A stretch of DNA of 62,044 nt, counting the filler, from Deltaproteobacteria bacterium (lineage in GTDB: Bacteria > JAUYMQ01): NCBI GenBank assembly GCA_030698575.1. It is 5 parts of 5 records of this genome, joined end to end, with 100 filler letters (N's around TTAATTAATTAA, not from the genome) between each part and the next. Parts side by side here need not be neighbours in the genome. Positions count along the whole stretch, not along the records: positions 16,514 to 47,551 come from JAUYMQ010000290.1; 4 more parts are not named here. One strand, 5' to 3'. Below, one piece after another: positions 16,694 to 25,711 of the stretch. The position numbers and the translations under genes were made by a program. Numbering within the stretch: position 1 is the first letter of the stretch; each line of letters begins with the position of its first letter. The notes under the pieces are model-generated. The model was not told the origin of the DNA, did not search any database, and was given only the letters and a program-made list of their open reading frames with translations.

Positions 16694-16997
16694 CGCATGT
16701 CATTGCGAGGAGCCCCTTCTCGCATGTCATTGCGTAGAGCCCCTCCCCGCATGTCATTGCGAGGAGCCCCTTCTCGCATGTCATTGCGAGGAGCCCCTTC
16801 CCGCATGTCATTGCGAGGAGCGCAGCGACGAAGCAATCCCCCGGCTGACGCCCCTGCTGGCAAGCGCGGGGGGGATTGCTTCGGCACCCCTCCGGGGCGC
16901 CTCGCAATGACATGCGACTCGCTGTCCCACCCGCATGTCATTGCGAGGAGGCCCCTCCCGCATGTCATTGCGAGGAGCGGAGCGACGAAGCAATCCC
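16694..16997. repeat. Array of TGTCATTGCGAG palindromic (REP-like) repeats: tandem 27-bp half units plus one complete inverted pair
   Basis: CGCATGTCATTGCG at 16694, 16721, 16748, 16775, 16802, 16932 and 16959; inverted arm GATTGCTTCG..CTCGCAATGACATGCG at ~16868-16916. Confidence 0.95.
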
Positions 16998-17017
16998 ATC
17001 GAACGAGACCCCACCCC

Positions 17018-17305
17018 ATGCCCAAGACCTACTACGTCTACATCATGACCAACACCCACAACACCACCCTCTACGTGGGCGTCACGGGTGATCTGCGACG
17101 GCGGGTCTACGAACACATCAACGGAACTGCCGGCGGATTCACAAAGAAATACAACCTCAAGAAGCTCGTGCATTTTGAGATGACCGGGGACATCCAGAGC
17201 GCGATCGCGAGAGAAAAGCAATTGAAGGGGGGCTCGAGGCAACGGAAGCTCGTTCTGATCGGTTCCAGCAATCCGGACTGGCGGGATCTCAGCGACGACC
17301 TCTGA
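17018..17305 (+). CDS. Small GIY-YIG nuclease (YhbQ/UPF0213-like), 95 aa
   Basis: YYVYIM...LYVGVT.DL.RR..EH...FT.KY...AIAREKQLK...NPDWRDL. Confidence 0.93.
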   Translation: MPKTYYVYIMTNTHNTTLYVGVTGDLRRRVYEHINGTAGGFTKKYNLKKLVHFEMTGDIQSAIAREKQLKGGSRQRKLVLIGSSNPDWRDLSDDL

Positions 17306-17340
17306 CGGCGGCGGTGCCAAGCGCGGGGGTGCCGAGCGCC

Positions 17341-17431
17341 GGGGGGATTGCTTCGTCGGGCCTCCGGCCCTCCTCGCAATGACATGCGAAATAATGTCAT
17401 TGCGAGGAGCGAAGCGACGAAGCAATCCCCC
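17341..17431. repeat. Right inverted arm plus a further left arm of the same REP-like family
   Basis: GGGGGGATTGCTTCG..CTCGCAATGACATGCG (17341-17388), then ATGTCATTGCGAGGAGCGAAGCGACGAAGCAATCCCCC (17394-17431). Confidence 0.95.
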
Positions 17432-17454
17432 GGCGGCTGTGATCGACTGACCTG

Positions 17455-19374
17455 TTACTCCGAATGGCTCTTCTGCCCCGCCTCGAGGTCCGCCAGCAGC
17501 CGCCTCAGCGACGGGGCATCGGCCCCCTCGGGGCGCAGCGCCAGGGCCTTCTCCAGCTCGTAGCGGGCCTCTTCCGGGCCCGCGCCGCCCCGGAGGGCGG
17601 CCAGCCCCGCCTCGCGGTGGGCCTCGTAAAATCCCTCCTTCACCGACGCCGCGCCCCGGAAGGCCCGGAACGCTTCGGCCTGCCTCCCCTGCCCCGCAAG
17701 CGCCAGCCCCAGGTTGAACTCAGCCTCGGGAAACACGGGGCGGTAGCCGAGTGAACGCCGGTAGCGCGACTCGGCCTCGGCCAGCTTCCCTTCGGCGGCC
17801 TCCTGCACGGCGATGTAAAAGTGGATGAAGCCGTAGGACTCCCGCACGCCCGGATTCCAGATCGGCGGCTCGGGCGAAACGGCGAGCCCTTTCCGGAAAA
17901 CCTCCGCCGCCTCTGCCAGCGCCCCCTCGCGGACCCGGATGAAGCCGATGTTGAAGAACCCCCGCCCGTAGCGTGGCTCGAGCGCCACCGCCTTCTCGTA
18001 GGCTTCCAGCGCCTTCGGGTAGTTTCCCTCCCCGAAGTAGGTCTCCCCCAGGCTTCCCCAGGCGATGTGCGAGCGGGGGGCCTTCGCCACCGAGTCGGTC
18101 CAGAGAGCCCGATCGCTCCCCCAGACCGGGACCCGGTGCCAGGTGAGGAGCGCCATGCAGAGAGCCACGGCGGCCACCGCGAACGCCCCCTGACGCGATT
18201 GCCATCCGCTCTCCCTCCCCACGCGCTCCCCTCTCTCCCCCGCCGGGGGCCTGAGCGCGGCGGCGAGGATGCCTCCCAGAGCGAGGCTCGGCAGGTAGAG
18301 ATAGCGGTCGGCCTTCAGCACGGTGAGCGGCAGGAGGTTCGACACCGGGCCCAGCGAGACGAAGAACCAGAGCGACCAGAAGGCCAGGCGCGGCGCCCGC
18401 CGGACGGCCAGGGCCGTCGCCCCGAGCACGGCGGCGAGCAGCAGCAGCGCCGCGAGAAAGCCGCCTTCGAGCGGTGATCCGACCATTTCGGGGAAGTAGA
18501 GGTTGTTCAGGTTCAGGGGGAGAAAGAGCATCCGCAGGTAGTCCGCGAAGACGACGACCATCGTGAGGAGTACGCCCGCGCCCTGCCGCTCGACGTGGAC
18601 GGCGCCGGCGCCGTGCTGCGCCCAGATGGTGGCCGCCCCGAGCCCGAGCGCCAGCAGGAAAAAGGGGACGATCTCGGCGATGCGCCCGCTCCGCCGCGGG
18701 CGGGGGTCGAGGAGGTATTCGTGGAGCAGCAGGAGGACGGGAAGCACGACCCCCATCCCCTTGGACAGCAGCGAGAGCAGGTAAAAGAGGAGCGCGCCGA
18801 GATATGACACCGTGGGCCACCGCCCCCGCGTGCCGGCCGGCGAACGATCGCGGTGCCGGAGGAAGAGCAGCAGCGCGGGAAGCAGAAAGAACATCGCAAG
18901 CGTGCTCTTCCGCTGGCTGGCCCACGCGACCGACTCGACCTGCACCGGGTGAAACGCGAAGAGGGCCGCGGCCAGCAGCGCCGGGAGGCCCGGCCCCGCC
19001 AGGCGGCGGAAGAGCAGGAGCGCGAAGACCGCGGAGCCCGCGTGCAACACGGCGTCGGTCAGGTGGAAGCCGCCGGCCACCGGGCCGCCGCGCAGCGCGT
19101 ACTCGACGGCGTAGCTCCCGAGGTGCAGCGGCGCGTAGTTCCCGAAGTAGGCCCCGGTCCACCACGCCTTGAAGTTCTCCGGGGTCAGCTCGCGGATGAG
19201 GGGATTCTCGAGCAGGTAAAAGTTGTCGTCCCAGTTCAGGAAGGGATGGGACAGGACGCCGTGCCCGGCGCCCTGCAGGGAGGTGTAGAGCAGGAGCGTC
19301 AACGCAAACAGAGCCGCCGCTTCGCCCAGCCGCCTGGCGCGGCGCCGGGCCTCTCCGGCCGCGGGAGCGCTCAC
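17455..19374 (-). CDS. TMTC-like GT-C glycosyltransferase with C-terminal TPRs
   Basis: F.NWDD..Y..ENP, NYAPL, FH, HPVQVESVAW..QRK, ADRYLYLP, W.S...LW; multi-TM plus TPRs. Confidence 0.85.
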   Translation of the reverse strand: MSAPAAGEARRRARRLGEAAALFALTLLLYTSLQGAGHGVLSHPFLNWDDNFYLLENPLIRELTPENFKAWWTGAYFGNYAPLHLGSYAVEYALRGGPVAGGFHLTDAVLHAGSAVFALLLFRRLAGPGLPALLAAALFAFHPVQVESVAWASQRKSTLAMFFLLPALLLFLRHRDRSPAGTRGRWPTVSYLGALLFYLLSLLSKGMGVVLPVLLLLHEYLLDPRPRRSGRIAEIVPFFLLALGLGAATIWAQHGAGAVHVERQGAGVLLTMVVVFADYLRMLFLPLNLNNLYFPEMVGSPLEGGFLAALLLLAAVLGATALAVRRAPRLAFWSLWFFVSLGPVSNLLPLTVLKADRYLYLPSLALGGILAAALRPPAGERGERVGRESGWQSRQGAFAVAAVALCMALLTWHRVPVWGSDRALWTDSVAKAPRSHIAWGSLGETYFGEGNYPKALEAYEKAVALEPRYGRGFFNIGFIRVREGALAEAAEVFRKGLAVSPEPPIWNPGVRESYGFIHFYIAVQEAAEGKLAEAESRYRRSLGYRPVFPEAEFNLGLALAGQGRQAEAFRAFRGAASVKEGFYEAHREAGLAALRGGAGPEEARYELEKALALRPEGADAPSLRRLLADLEAGQKSHSE

Positions 19375-20372
19375 CGGGCCTCCTGCCGATCGGCGGGAGC
19401 GTCTCCGGCCCGCTCGGCCCAGGCCTCGATGGTCCCCCCGCGGCGGACGAGCGATTCGAGCGTCGCGAGGAGTGTTGCCGGCGGCATGCCGAGCCAGTAG
19501 GCGGCCCGGGCGGCCAGCCGCCCGGCCGCCCTGGCCCCCGCCGTGTTCCCCTTCAGCGTCTCGTAGAGGCGGTTCACCGGCGCGCCTCCGCCCCCCAGGC
19601 GATTGAGCGCGCTCTGAAGAATGCCGAAGGGGTTCTGTTCGAAAGAGAAGTGGCCTACGTGCTCGACCCGGAACCCGGCACGGGAGAGAAGTGCGGTGAG
19701 CGAGCCGGGCGTGAAGTGGAACAGGTGGCGCGGCAGATCCAGATGAAACCAGGATCGGCCCGTCCAGCGCGCCTGGAAGCTGTCGAGATTGGGGACCGCC
19801 ACCACGAGCCGGCCGCCGGGGCGGAGCACGCGGGCGGCTTCCTGAAGGGAGGCGAGGGGGTCGTGGAGATGCTCCAGCACGTGCCAGAAAACGCCGAGAT
19901 CGAACTGCCCCGGTTCGAGGCCGGTAGTGGTGAGATCGCCGGCCAGCACCTCGATGTCCGATTGCGAGGTGAGGGCCCGCGGGCGGCGCCCTGCCCGCTC
20001 GGTGCCCACCCCCCGGAAGCCGAGCGCGGCGAAGGCCTCGAGGAGCCTCCCGTCACCGCACCCCACGTCGAGCACCCGCGCGCCCGGCGGGAGCCCCCGT
20101 GCCAGTCGCCGCGCCCTTCGCTTCGCCATGGCCGATCGCATGCGCTCGACCGTCGCGACGAACTTCGTCCCGGAGCCGCCGTAGTACTCGCTGGCGTAGA
20201 ACGGAGCAATCTCGTCAGGCTCGGGTTGGGGATCGAGATACCCCATCCCGCAGCGCGCGCAGCGTACCAGCCGGACCTTGCCGAGGCCCGGCACGTCTGT
20301 CTCGATGACGGCGGCGCCCCCCTGCCGGTCACAGGCGGGGCAGGAAACGCTTCTCATGAAGACTCTGTTCAA
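19371..20372 (-). CDS. Class I SAM-dependent methyltransferase with N-terminal Zn-binding CxxC pair
   Basis: CPAC..CARCG, VLDVGCGDG, WHVLEHL, LRPGG, PRHL; start may be 20357. Confidence 0.88.
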   Translation of the reverse strand: MNRVFMRSVSCPACDRQGGAAVIETDVPGLGKVRLVRCARCGMGYLDPQPEPDEIAPFYASEYYGGSGTKFVATVERMRSAMAKRRARRLARGLPPGARVLDVGCGDGRLLEAFAALGFRGVGTERAGRRPRALTSQSDIEVLAGDLTTTGLEPGQFDLGVFWHVLEHLHDPLASLQEAARVLRPGGRLVVAVPNLDSFQARWTGRSWFHLDLPRHLFHFTPGSLTALLSRAGFRVEHVGHFSFEQNPFGILQSALNRLGGGGAPVNRLYETLKGNTAGARAAGRLAARAAYWLGMPPATLLATLESLVRRGGTIEAWAERAGDAPADRQEAR

Positions 20373-20374
20373 GG

Positions 20375-20406
20375 CAAGGCCCGCCCCGGATGGGGGCGGG
20401 CCTTGC
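20375..20406 (-). terminator. GC-rich hairpin downstream of the giant protein gene
   Basis: GCAAGGCCCGCCCC / GGGGCGGGCCTTGC inverted repeat; weak U-tract. Confidence 0.55.
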
Positions 20407-20472
20407 GCTTCTCTGCCGGTATCGGAACGAGCGGGCCTGGCCGCGCCTTCCGGAGACCGTGCCTTGTTTTTT

Positions 20473-23400
20473 CTACTTCTTCGCCTTCGCCGCCTTCGCC
20501 GCCAGCTTGGCGAGCTGCTTCAGCAGGCGATCCTGCTCGTAGGTCCTGCCGGGCGTCTGAACAATCTGCCGTCCGATGATCACCGAACCGACGAAGGCGT
20601 TGTTCACCGGCGCAAGGGAAGCGTCGAGGAACAGGAGTGAGACAGCCGGCAGCGAGGAGTTACGGTCCACCCCTCGTCCGAACACGATTCCCGTCGTGTT
20701 GTCGATGAAGGCCGTGAGCGAGATGTCGCGAACGGTGAAGTCGATCTCGCCGGTCGGCGACTCCATGCTCGGGCCGAAGAAGCTCGAGCTGTTCGGGAAG
20801 ACGGCATCCACCGCCGCGTCGAGGGCATTGGCCGTGAGCCCGCCGTTGATATCCACGACGCCCGAGTTCACGCCGGTGCCGTTGATGGCGGCGAAGGCGT
20901 AGGGCATGCTCGCCGTCTCGAGGGATTCGATCGGCCGGCTGAAAGCGAAGACGTCCAGATCGGTGATGCCGATGGGCGTCAGCCGGACAGCCTGGTCCCC
21001 GGGCGCTGGCGGCGTCTGGAGAATTTCGTCGGGGCCCGGCTGAATGACGATCTGGAGCGGCACACCGCCGTCCAGCACGTCGTCGCCGCCGGGAGAGGTC
21101 TGCATGAATTCGTCCTTCCCGGGGGCCACAACGGACGCCATGCTCGCGAGCCCGGTTGTGCCGGGCGCGATGAGCTGCTCGTCATCCGAGGCAATGCCGG
21201 AGTTCACGATGCCGTTGCCACCCGTGCAGATCGAGTTCGCCGGGCAGGCAGCCGTGGGAACGGTGCAGCCGATCCCTAACGGGCGATAGTCCGTCGGGCA
21301 ACTGGCGACGTTGGCCACCACGAGGGGGCAGAGCGCCATGATACCCGCCGTGCCCGTGCCCACCGTGTCGTCTCCCTGGGGACAGGTCTCGAGAACACCG
21401 TTGACCCCGGCCGACACCCCGACGACATTCTTCGTCCATTTCTTGTAGGGAACGAAGTTGCTCGTCAGATCGGGCGTGCTGAAGGTCTGGCCGACGGCGA
21501 CGACCTGCACGTCGTCGCCTCCCAGACCGCTCTCGGCCACGCCGTTCGCTCCGGCGTAGATGTTCATGCCGCGGATTCCCGAGAACACCCGATCACCCGC
21601 GAGCGTGAGCTGGATGTCGTCGCAGCCCGGAATGGGCGTGCTGTCGGGCATCTGGCACGCCGTGGTCTGGACGACCAGGTCGTCTCCCGCGATGATCGCA
21701 TTGTTGTTCTTCGGGTAGAGCCCGACGTTGATCTGAATGTTCCCCGAGATGAAGTTGTAGAGGTCCGTCGTGGGGTCGTCGTTCAGGATGTTATCGGTGG
21801 GAGTGTTCAGCGTGTTGACGCTGAACGATCCGGCCGGCGAGAACTTCGACCGCGAGCCGAGCGAGTAGATGTTGCCGCCCGATCCGTCCACGGAGATCTC
21901 GTTCGGCTCCGACAGCGCGTTGAAGGAGATGTTGGTGGGGTCGGTGAGCAGCGCCGGGTTGTCGAAATGCTGATCATCCGGCGTGCCGATGTACTGGTCG
22001 GGCCCGGGGTAGAAATCCTGCGCGACGTGCGTCAAGCCAGTGACAAGGGTTGTCGGCGGGAGCGGGATCGGGACCTGGCTGGGGTCGAGCTTTGTGCTGA
22101 GCGTGTCATTCAGATCGGTGAAGATCTGCAGCGTGGCCGCCAGCGACTTGCTGTTGTCGTTGAGGGTGGGATCGAAGGAGACCACCGCCCCGCCGAAGTC
22201 CGTCGTGGTGACCAGCACCTGCCACCCCTCGCCGTTGATATAGTCGCCCACGCCGATGCCGGTGATCTCGTTCAGCTTGAGATCGAAGATGCGCGGCGGG
22301 CCCGTGTGGGTGAACGGATCGAAGCCGTTGAGATCCATCCAGACAACCGTCCCGCCGCGATTGGCGACCATGAGCGTCGGACTGTCGACGACCGTGTCGT
22401 CCCCGACGGGGACTGAGTCGAGGAGGCCGTTGGGGCCTGCTTCAATCGACCGCGCGAAGGGCTCGCCCCGGCCGACGGGAATGTTCTGGATGTCGGTGCA
22501 GGTTCCAGGCGCCGCGGGATTACAAACGGGCGTTTCGGCGATGCCGTTGGGCCCGGTGGTGATCGTGTCGGGCGGGTTCGAGCCCGGAAGCTGCGGGTTC
22601 TCAGGGCTGGTGCCGCCGCCGATGATCACATCGTCGCCCAGGGGCGTCGTCATCAGGAAGAAGCCGGGCGGCTGCATGGGCGCGGGCGGAAGCAGCGCCG
22701 CGTCGATCATGCGTCCATTGGGGAACCCCTGGCCCACCGGCACCACGAGAATGTCGTCGCCGGCGACGGGTGTTTCGGAGATTCCGTTCTTGCCGGTGGT
22801 GATCCGCCCCAGATGGGGCACCGGGAAGGGCGTGAGCGCCACCAGGGCCACCGGATCGGACACCAGCTCGGGCGTCAGGAACTCGATGCCCGCGGTGTTG
22901 GCGACGACCCGCGTGTTTGGAAGACCGACTCCCGTCGTCCGGCAAGCCGAGGGGCTTCCGCCGCCGCAGTTCGCGCCGCTGGGCTGCAGCCCGGTCAGCA
23001 CGTCGCAGAAAGCGCCCTGAAACGACTCGTTGTTCGGCGGCGTGTTGAGGGGAACTTTCGTCGTCTGGACGCAGAGACCGAAGTCGGAGGTGGTGTTCAT
23101 AATCTCGAGGGGCACCTTGGCGATACGCCCCGTGTTCGACTCGATCACGTACAGCCGCCCCGCAGCCGTCCCGGGCGGATCCTGGTCCCCGCAATTGGCG
23201 GCGAGACCCGCCCCGGGCACGCAGCTGCCGGCGCCTGCGCCCGTGCAGCAGCTGAAGGGGATACCAGAAGCGGTGCAATTCGCATTGCTCTGGAAGTTGA
23301 GCCCGATGCACAGGGTTCGCGCGGGTCCGACATAGGCGAGGCCCGTGGGGTCGTCAATGAAACCCGGCTGCATGACGTCGCTCACCCGTTGGCGCCGGTA

Positions 23401-25272
23401 CGAAATGGCCACGATCCCGCCGTCTTTCCGGGTGGCGTAATAGACGTTGTCCTTCAGGTCGGGCGGAAGGGCCGGATTTGCCAGGCGCTTGAACGAGAGG
23501 TCGGTCCAGCCGAAGCCGCCGTACACGAAGCCGGCCAGCCCCGTCTTGAGGCCCTTCACGCTCTGCGCGGCGCCTTCCAGGCCCGAGATCACCCCGAGGC
23601 GGTTCGGCCCCGGCGTGGCGAAGCCCACGCCCAGCAGCTTGAGATCACCTTTCGGCAGGTTGTCGCCGTTCGACCCGATCGAGAAGCTCCCGTTGGAAAG
23701 GAAAGCCACCGAGCCCGAGACTTCGGGCAATCCCACCGGATCGACCATGTTGGCGACCGCCGGGTACATGGTGACCACCGCCTCGATGCCGATGGGCGCG
23801 CTTACCGTGGGCGCGTTCACGTTGGGCGAGAGAAGCGATGGAATGACTATTGCCACGTCATCATTCTCACGGGGGCCCGACTCGTTGGTCCGGTTGGCGC
23901 CGGCCTGGATGCCGGTGCCGTCGAAGCTCGCCTGGTCGCGATCGCCGGTGAAAGCATTGATGACACGGGGGAGCGACTGGAGGATGTTGTCGTCCCCGGG
24001 CCCGACGATCGGCGTGTCGATGGTGAGGCCACCCGTAAACTGATCGACGAGCTGCACATCGTCGCAGGGCGTGGTGAGGGGCACGCCCGCGGCGTTCTGG
24101 CACTTCGCGGTGTCGGCGTCGAGATCAGTTCCGGCGCGAACGTAGGATCGCGGCGGGGTCTGAAGGATGTTGTCGAGCCCGGGCCCGACCACGGCGATAT
24201 TCGCATTGGCGACGATCGTTCCCACGGCGACCAACTGCACGTCGTCGCAGGGGGCAATGGGAACACCCGTGGGAGACTGGCAGGCCGTGGTGTCTGAGTC
24301 GAAGTTCACCCCGACGCCGGTTCCGGCGTCGCCACCCGAAAGGATCACGGGCACGTCGTCGCCGCCGACCGGGCTCTCGAGGAGCCGGTTGCCGGTGGCC
24401 TGGCTGGTCAGGCCGCCGCCGTTCAGAACGATGTTGGTCGGCTGCAGGAAACGCGCCACGCAGGGAAGCGCCTGCACGTCGTCGCCCGCGCGGCCGCTCT
24501 GGGACTGCTGGTTCGGCCCGGCGCAGATATTGTTCAGCGCGCATCCGCCGTTGGGGCCCACCAGGTCGTCGCAGAAGAAGGTGGTGCAGGGGTTGGTCTC
24601 GAGAATGCCGTTGGCGCCGGGACCCACGATCGGCGTTGTGGCGGCGGCCGTCGCGTTGCCCACGTTCACGAGTTGCACGTCGTCGCCGCAGCGGCCTGAT
24701 TCAGCAATGCCGTTTACGCCCACGACGACCGTTTGGCCCGACTGGACGTCGTCCCCGGCCTTCTGGGTCTCGAGAACGGTGTTATTGCCGGGGGTGATGA
24801 CCGTCGGATCGTTGCCGAGCAGGAAGTTCGCGTTGTTCTCCGAGTAGATCGTCACGTTGTCGGAGAGGCCGTCGCCGTTGTTGTCGGGGGGCGGATTCTG
24901 CGAATTGGGGAACGTCGGGCGCTGGACGCGAACGACAGCACCCGGAGGGAAGCCGGGAACCGGCGGCAGGCCGCTCAAGTTGTTGTTCGTCGTCACCAGG
25001 AGGTCGGTCCGGTTGAGCACCTCGATCAGGGGCACCGTCGGGTTCGAGTACATGCTGAACCGGGGAATGACCTGGTTCACCATGCTGACGTCAGTCGGGG
25101 TACCGAGGCCGCCCGCCAGGATGCGGTAGTTGTACAGCTTCTCCGCCTTGACCCGGCTGCCCGCAACGGCCTCACCGTCGCCGATCGATCCCGGGTGGCT
25201 TGCGAGCACCAGACAGGCCGCCGCGCCCGCGGTCAGAAAGACGATTTCGCGCCAACTGTGCTTCCCGATCAT
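20473..25272 (-). CDS. Giant secreted repeat protein (~1599 aa) with about 20 GxNG..GDDV repeats, Cys-rich inserts and a basic tail
   Basis: Signal peptide from ATG 25272; recurring I-x-[AP]-G-x-[ND]-G-h-x-[EQ]-[ST]-x3-G-D-D-V; NHL/propeller-like segments (DDPTGLAY, RLYVIESNTGRI); ends KLAAKAAKAKK. Confidence 0.85.
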   Translation of the reverse strand: MIGKHSWREIVFLTAGAAACLVLASHPGSIGDGEAVAGSRVKAEKLYNYRILAGGLGTPTDVSMVNQVIPRFSMYSNPTVPLIEVLNRTDLLVTTNNNLSGLPPVPGFPPGAVVRVQRPTFPNSQNPPPDNNGDGLSDNVTIYSENNANFLLGNDPTVITPGNNTVLETQKAGDDVQSGQTVVVGVNGIAESGRCGDDVQLVNVGNATAAATTPIVGPGANGILETNPCTTFFCDDLVGPNGGCALNNICAGPNQQSQSGRAGDDVQALPCVARFLQPTNIVLNGGGLTSQATGNRLLESPVGGDDVPVILSGGDAGTGVGVNFDSDTTACQSPTGVPIAPCDDVQLVAVGTIVANANIAVVGPGLDNILQTPPRSYVRAGTDLDADTAKCQNAAGVPLTTPCDDVQLVDQFTGGLTIDTPIVGPGDDNILQSLPRVINAFTGDRDQASFDGTGIQAGANRTNESGPRENDDVAIVIPSLLSPNVNAPTVSAPIGIEAVVTMYPAVANMVDPVGLPEVSGSVAFLSNGSFSIGSNGDNLPKGDLKLLGVGFATPGPNRLGVISGLEGAAQSVKGLKTGLAGFVYGGFGWTDLSFKRLANPALPPDLKDNVYYATRKDGGIVAISYRRQRVSDVMQPGFIDDPTGLAYVGPARTLCIGLNFQSNANCTASGIPFSCCTGAGAGSCVPGAGLAANCGDQDPPGTAAGRLYVIESNTGRIAKVPLEIMNTTSDFGLCVQTTKVPLNTPPNNESFQGAFCDVLTGLQPSGANCGGGSPSACRTTGVGLPNTRVVANTAGIEFLTPELVSDPVALVALTPFPVPHLGRITTGKNGISETPVAGDDILVVPVGQGFPNGRMIDAALLPPAPMQPPGFFLMTTPLGDDVIIGGGTSPENPQLPGSNPPDTITTGPNGIAETPVCNPAAPGTCTDIQNIPVGRGEPFARSIEAGPNGLLDSVPVGDDTVVDSPTLMVANRGGTVVWMDLNGFDPFTHTGPPRIFDLKLNEITGIGVGDYINGEGWQVLVTTTDFGGAVVSFDPTLNDNSKSLAATLQIFTDLNDTLSTKLDPSQVPIPLPPTTLVTGLTHVAQDFYPGPDQYIGTPDDQHFDNPALLTDPTNISFNALSEPNEISVDGSGGNIYSLGSRSKFSPAGSFSVNTLNTPTDNILNDDPTTDLYNFISGNIQINVGLYPKNNNAIIAGDDLVVQTTACQMPDSTPIPGCDDIQLTLAGDRVFSGIRGMNIYAGANGVAESGLGGDDVQVVAVGQTFSTPDLTSNFVPYKKWTKNVVGVSAGVNGVLETCPQGDDTVGTGTAGIMALCPLVVANVASCPTDYRPLGIGCTVPTAACPANSICTGGNGIVNSGIASDDEQLIAPGTTGLASMASVVAPGKDEFMQTSPGGDDVLDGGVPLQIVIQPGPDEILQTPPAPGDQAVRLTPIGITDLDVFAFSRPIESLETASMPYAFAAINGTGVNSGVVDINGGLTANALDAAVDAVFPNSSSFFGPSMESPTGEIDFTVRDISLTAFIDNTTGIVFGRGVDRNSSLPAVSLLFLDASLAPVNNAFVGSVIIGRQIVQTPGRTYEQDRLLKQLAKLAAKAAKAKK

Positions 25273-25524
25273 GGAACCCCCTGGCTTGCCCTGTCGGTTG
25301 ACCCCGACGCAGGGCTTTTGTCGAGCAGGTTGCCTTCGGATGGCCGAGGCCAACTGGATAAAGAGAGCGGCGGGTTTTGGTGAGCGGCGTGAGCGTCAGC
25401 CTGGATGGCGCCGGCGCCGGAAGCGCCCTGGCCAGCAGGGCCCCGGAATGCCGGCCGGAGCATTACCCTTCCCGCTTGACCGATGGAGAACGGCGACGGG
25501 TATAATAATAGATGGCAGAGAGTT

Positions 25525-25542
25525 ATGCAAACCGCGTTCCAA
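25525..25542 (-). promoter_or_regulatory. Sigma54 (-24/-12) promoter for the giant protein gene
   Basis: Minus strand TTGGAACGCGGTTTGCAT = GG-N10-GC; AT-rich IHF-like tract upstream. Confidence 0.7.
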
Positions 25543-25711
25543 TTCTGGGGGGTTTTTAAAATCATTGTAAGTATCTGAGTTTATTCAGATTTCTCCTTAC
25601 CCACCCCGGTCGATTGATTCGCGCTGCCGTCACCCCGGAGAAAACATTTTCCCATATTGTGACATCTGCGTTCTCACAGGCGCCGCACCCGCCTCTGCCA
25701 TGCCGCCCCGC

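Noticed and set aside
16694-16828. CRISPR array
   Set aside because: Units are 27-bp head-to-tail copies with near-identical 7-nt tails rather than unique 25-45 nt spacers; inverted copies occur; no cas genes.
16570-17425. ORFs made of MSLRGAPSR / LLAMTC / APRNDMR repeats, including a long N-terminal extension of the GIY-YIG ORF from 16577
   Set aside because: These are translations of the DNA repeat, open in several frames. The nuclease domain starts at ATG 17018, although no clear SD precedes it.
20473-20560. Giant protein as a PEP-CTERM exosortase substrate
   Set aside because: No PEP motif or transmembrane helix before the basic tail. No canonical CTERM substrate was seen anywhere in the window.
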